7,225 bases of DNA, taken from Nanobdellota archaeon. Its GTDB lineage: Archaea; Nanobdellota; Nanobdellia; Pacearchaeales; GW2011-AR1. The position numbers and the translations under genes are program-made. The stretch is taken from NCBI GenBank assembly GCA_027858295.1, contig JAQICZ010000003.1:1-7225 (forward strand), in the 5' to 3' direction. Shown here piece after piece: positions 5,434 to 7,225 of this stretch; positions within the stretch are counted from its first letter, which is position 1, and each line of letters begins with the position of its first letter. Below the pieces are notes generated by a model that made no database searches, had not been told where the DNA came from, and worked only from the letters and a program-made list of their open reading frames with translations.

Positions 5434-5994
5434 CTAAAACCGAATTCCTAAAGAAATAGAATTGTTATTCATTGGGACTATGTCTGTTTCATTTTGAGTT
5501 TCTAATAATGAGGTTTGGGCTTCAATAAATAATTTTGATTTTTCTGTCAGCTTTGTTTCTATGCCGGCTCGTAGGGAGGCGCCTTTGCAGTTGTAATCGT
5601 AGGTCATCTTTTCTTCTCCGACTGTGAAGTCGTAAAATGCTTTTTTGAAGTCGATATCTATTCCTAGGTATGGATTTATCTTTTTGTCTGGTCGGAGTTG
5701 AACGTCTACTCCTGCACTGATACCGTATACATTTGTTGTCGGTTTCATTCCTCCAACTGGACTTTCTTTATGAAATTTTTCTAAAGTTATTTTTGGTCTA
5801 ATATTGTTGTAGCTTTTTTCAAGAGAATATTTCGCGCCGTACATATTTCCCCAAGTGGATTTTAGTGGATCTATTGTATATGTTTTTGCTGAAGCCGAGA
5901 GTGCGTGAGAGAATTCTTTAGCTTTTGTTTTTAGAGGGAGAAGTGTGGAAGATATAATTGCTCCTGTCATCACTATTTTTTTTAGTTTGTTCAT
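5434..5994 (-). CDS. Secreted protein with features of a small outer-membrane beta-barrel (OmpX/OmpW/OMP_b-brl-like)
   Basis: 186 aa. It has an N-terminal signal peptide (MNKLKK + IVMTGAIISSTLLPL + KTKA|KE). There are repeated amphipathic alternating segments (YGISAGVDVQL, PYLGIDIDFKKA, ASLRAGIETKL, LFIEAQTSL). The C-terminus SISLGIRF ends in Phe with alternating hydrophobics, like the bacterial OMP beta-signal. Stop is TAG 5434-5436. Confidence 0.75.
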   Translation of the reverse strand: MNKLKKIVMTGAIISSTLLPLKTKAKEFSHALSASAKTYTIDPLKSTWGNMYGAKYSLEKSYNNIRPKITLEKFHKESPVGGMKPTTNVYGISAGVDVQLRPDKKINPYLGIDIDFKKAFYDFTVGEEKMTYDYNCKGASLRAGIETKLTEKSKLFIEAQTSLLETQNETDIVPMNNNSISLGIRF

Positions 5995-6016
5995 AAAAGT
6001 TCTTTTCGTGTGAAAT

Positions 6017-6025
6017 CTTTATAAG
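6017..6025 (-). promoter_or_regulatory. TATA-like box for the OMP-like gene
   Basis: The minus strand reads CTTATAAAG, centred at 6021, 27 nt upstream of ATG 5994. Confidence 0.4.
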
Positions 6026-6088
6026 ATGTTATTATATAAATTGCAAAGAATAAAGAAATTTTATCCATGGTCGGCAATATTGTTTATA

Positions 6089-6592
6089 TTACCATATGTT
6101 ATGAAACCAATTTGGAAATGTCCCAGAGTTATTGCAGTGATAGACTTTATGAATTGATTGGTCTAATTTAGTTTGATAACTTAAGTTGTTTTTGAATAGG
6201 AGAATTTTGTTGTCTTTTAATAATGCTAAATTTGGTGCCTTGAAGATTGTTGGTTTATATCCAAAGCAATCTTTGAATATTTTTGCTCCTTCATCTATAT
6301 GGGCTTGTTCTTTTGGGTCTGAGAATTCATGGTAGTAATGAAGAAGTCCATGTAGTCCTAATGTTTTGTTTAAGTTTAGTATTTCTTTGCACCATGTTTG
6401 GTTTTCTGATATTGGGATTCCTTGAAATTTTGGGATTACCCATAGGATGTCTGATTTGTCGATGTATTTTTGTTCACAGGGGATTCCGGGAGTGATGTCG
6501 TCGATTTCTCTTGGTGTTGTTAGTCTGGAGGTGAATACGATTATGGCTACTGCTAAAAGTATAGATAGAGTGATTTTTGTTAATTTTTCCAT
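6089..6592 (-). CDS. Membrane-anchored/secreted DUF2334-like (polysaccharide-deacetylase-like) protein
   Basis: 167 aa. It has an N-terminal hydrophobic anchor (ITLSILLAVAIIVFT). IDDITPG, ILWVIPKF, LGLHGLLHYYHEF and GYKPTIFKAPN resemble the DUF2334 pattern as I recall it (DDV.P ... viP ... lHGy.H...EF ... p..FvpP). It is shorter than typical members. Stop is TAA 6089-6091. Confidence 0.7.
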   Translation of the reverse strand: MEKLTKITLSILLAVAIIVFTSRLTTPREIDDITPGIPCEQKYIDKSDILWVIPKFQGIPISENQTWCKEILNLNKTLGLHGLLHYYHEFSDPKEQAHIDEGAKIFKDCFGYKPTIFKAPNLALLKDNKILLFKNNLSYQTKLDQSIHKVYHCNNSGTFPNWFHNIW

Positions 6593-6612
6593 GTTGTTAT
6601 ATTGTTAAGATT

Positions 6613-6623
6613 GGTTAAAAAAG
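6613..6623 (-). promoter_or_regulatory. TATA-like box for the DUF2334-like gene
   Basis: The minus strand reads CTTTTTTAACC, centred ~26 nt upstream of ATG 6592. Confidence 0.4.
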
Positions 6624-6642
6624 TTGGTGTGAGCTAACTCAA

Positions 6643-6652
6643 TTTTTTTAAA
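6643..6652 (+). promoter_or_regulatory. TATA-like box for scpB
   Basis: TTTTTTTAAA is centred ~26 nt upstream of ATG 6674. It lies back-to-back with the box at 6613-6623 in an 81-nt divergent spacer. Confidence 0.4.
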
Positions 6653-6673
6653 CTAGCTTTTCTTAATTTTCTT

Positions 6674-7225
6674 ATGGAGATTAGTGGTAAAACTTTAGAG
6701 GATATAGATTGGTCACGTGAAAATGAAAATATTCGTTTGGTTGAAGCGGTATTGTTTGTTGCCGGGAGGTTCTTATCTATGGCTGATTTGATTACTTATT
6801 CTGGTTTGAATTCTCTGGTTATTCTTGAAGTGTTGAAGAAGTTGAAAGAGAAATATAATAAAGAAGATTCAGCGATTGAGCTTGTCGAGAGAGATAAGGT
6901 TTGGAAGATGGATGTGAAGGCTGAGTATAGTAATATTGTAAATAAACTTGCCACTGGGTCTGTTGAGTTTACTAAGGCGGAGCAACAGACTTTGGGTATT
7001 ATTGCGTATAAGCAACCGATAAAACAATCAGTAATTATTAAGATTAGAGGGAACAAGGCTTATGATCATGTGCATAAGTTTTTGCAGCTGGGGTTGATTA
7101 AGTCTAAGAAGGATGGGCATACAAATATTTTGGGCTTGACGGATGAGTTTTATGATTATTTTAATATTTCTGGAACTGGGGATAGCCCACTGAAAGAGAC
7201 TCCTTTTTCTGATGATTTGGAGTAA
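6674..7225 (+). CDS. scpB: Segregation and condensation protein B (SMC-ScpAB complex subunit)
   Basis: 183 aa. VEAVLFVAGRFLSMADL, SAIELVERDKVWKM, FTKAEQQTLGIIAYKQPIKQSVIIKIRGNKAYDHVHKFLQLGLI and ILGLTDEFYDYF match the tandem winged-helix ScpB signature (AlLF..g.pls, gy.l, S.aalEtLAiIAYkQPiT..eI..iRG, tT..FL..FGl). A complete ORF ending at TAA 7223-7225. Confidence 0.9.
   Translation: MEISGKTLEDIDWSRENENIRLVEAVLFVAGRFLSMADLITYSGLNSLVILEVLKKLKEKYNKEDSAIELVERDKVWKMDVKAEYSNIVNKLATGSVEFTKAEQQTLGIIAYKQPIKQSVIIKIRGNKAYDHVHKFLQLGLIKSKKDGHTNILGLTDEFYDYFNISGTGDSPLKETPFSDDLE

Noticed and set aside
5434-5994. Does the OMP-like gene mean the whole contig is bacterial?
   Set aside because: aRF1/eRF1-type release factors are not found in bacteria, which use RF1/RF2. 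The promoter geometry is archaeal-like and identical for this gene and its neighbours. Lateral transfer or chimerism are the alternatives, and both are listed in the finding.
6674-7225. scpB has its own promoter and no scpA immediately upstream, although scpA-scpB are commonly adjacent
   Set aside because: The window ends at the scpB stop, so gene order downstream is unknown, and separated scpA and scpB genes occur. There is not enough context to call this unusual.
1-7225. Searched by eye for CRISPR repeats, tRNAs, IS or integrase genes, terminal inverted repeats and long tandem repeats
   Set aside because: I found no regularly spaced direct repeats, no cloverleaf-compatible GC-rich 70-90-nt segment, and no transposase, integrase or recombinase-like ORF. 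The only repeats are the short motifs reported above.

Overview
AT-rich segment (about one-third G+C by eye) that reads as archaeal. It has a canonical class-I release factor aRF1 (NIKS, YxCxxxF and GGQ motifs), a ScpB homologue, and A/T boxes centred 25-27 nt upstream of most start codons (leaderless-style promoters). Left to right: a GC-rich, possibly 5S-like RNA fragment at the edge; two small overlapping ORFs bridged by a slippery A_AAA_AAT site; and a decayed two-gene minus-strand operon. That operon is a retropepsin-like RimB/PF05618-type protease remnant with three in-frame stops, which the ORF track misses, followed by a RimK-type ATP-grasp ligase broken by one TAA and two homopolymer frameshifts. 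Next come a 625-aa N/K/E-rich orphan protein with visibly lower G+C, aRF1, a signal-peptide protein with hallmarks of a bacterial outer-membrane beta-barrel, a membrane-anchored DUF2334-like protein, and ScpB. I recognised no CRISPR array, tRNA, transposase or integrase. The most unusual items are the orphan 625-aa gene, the OMP-like barrel in an archaeal context, and the operon-specific gene decay. Sequence alone does not show that any of these forms a new functional system.
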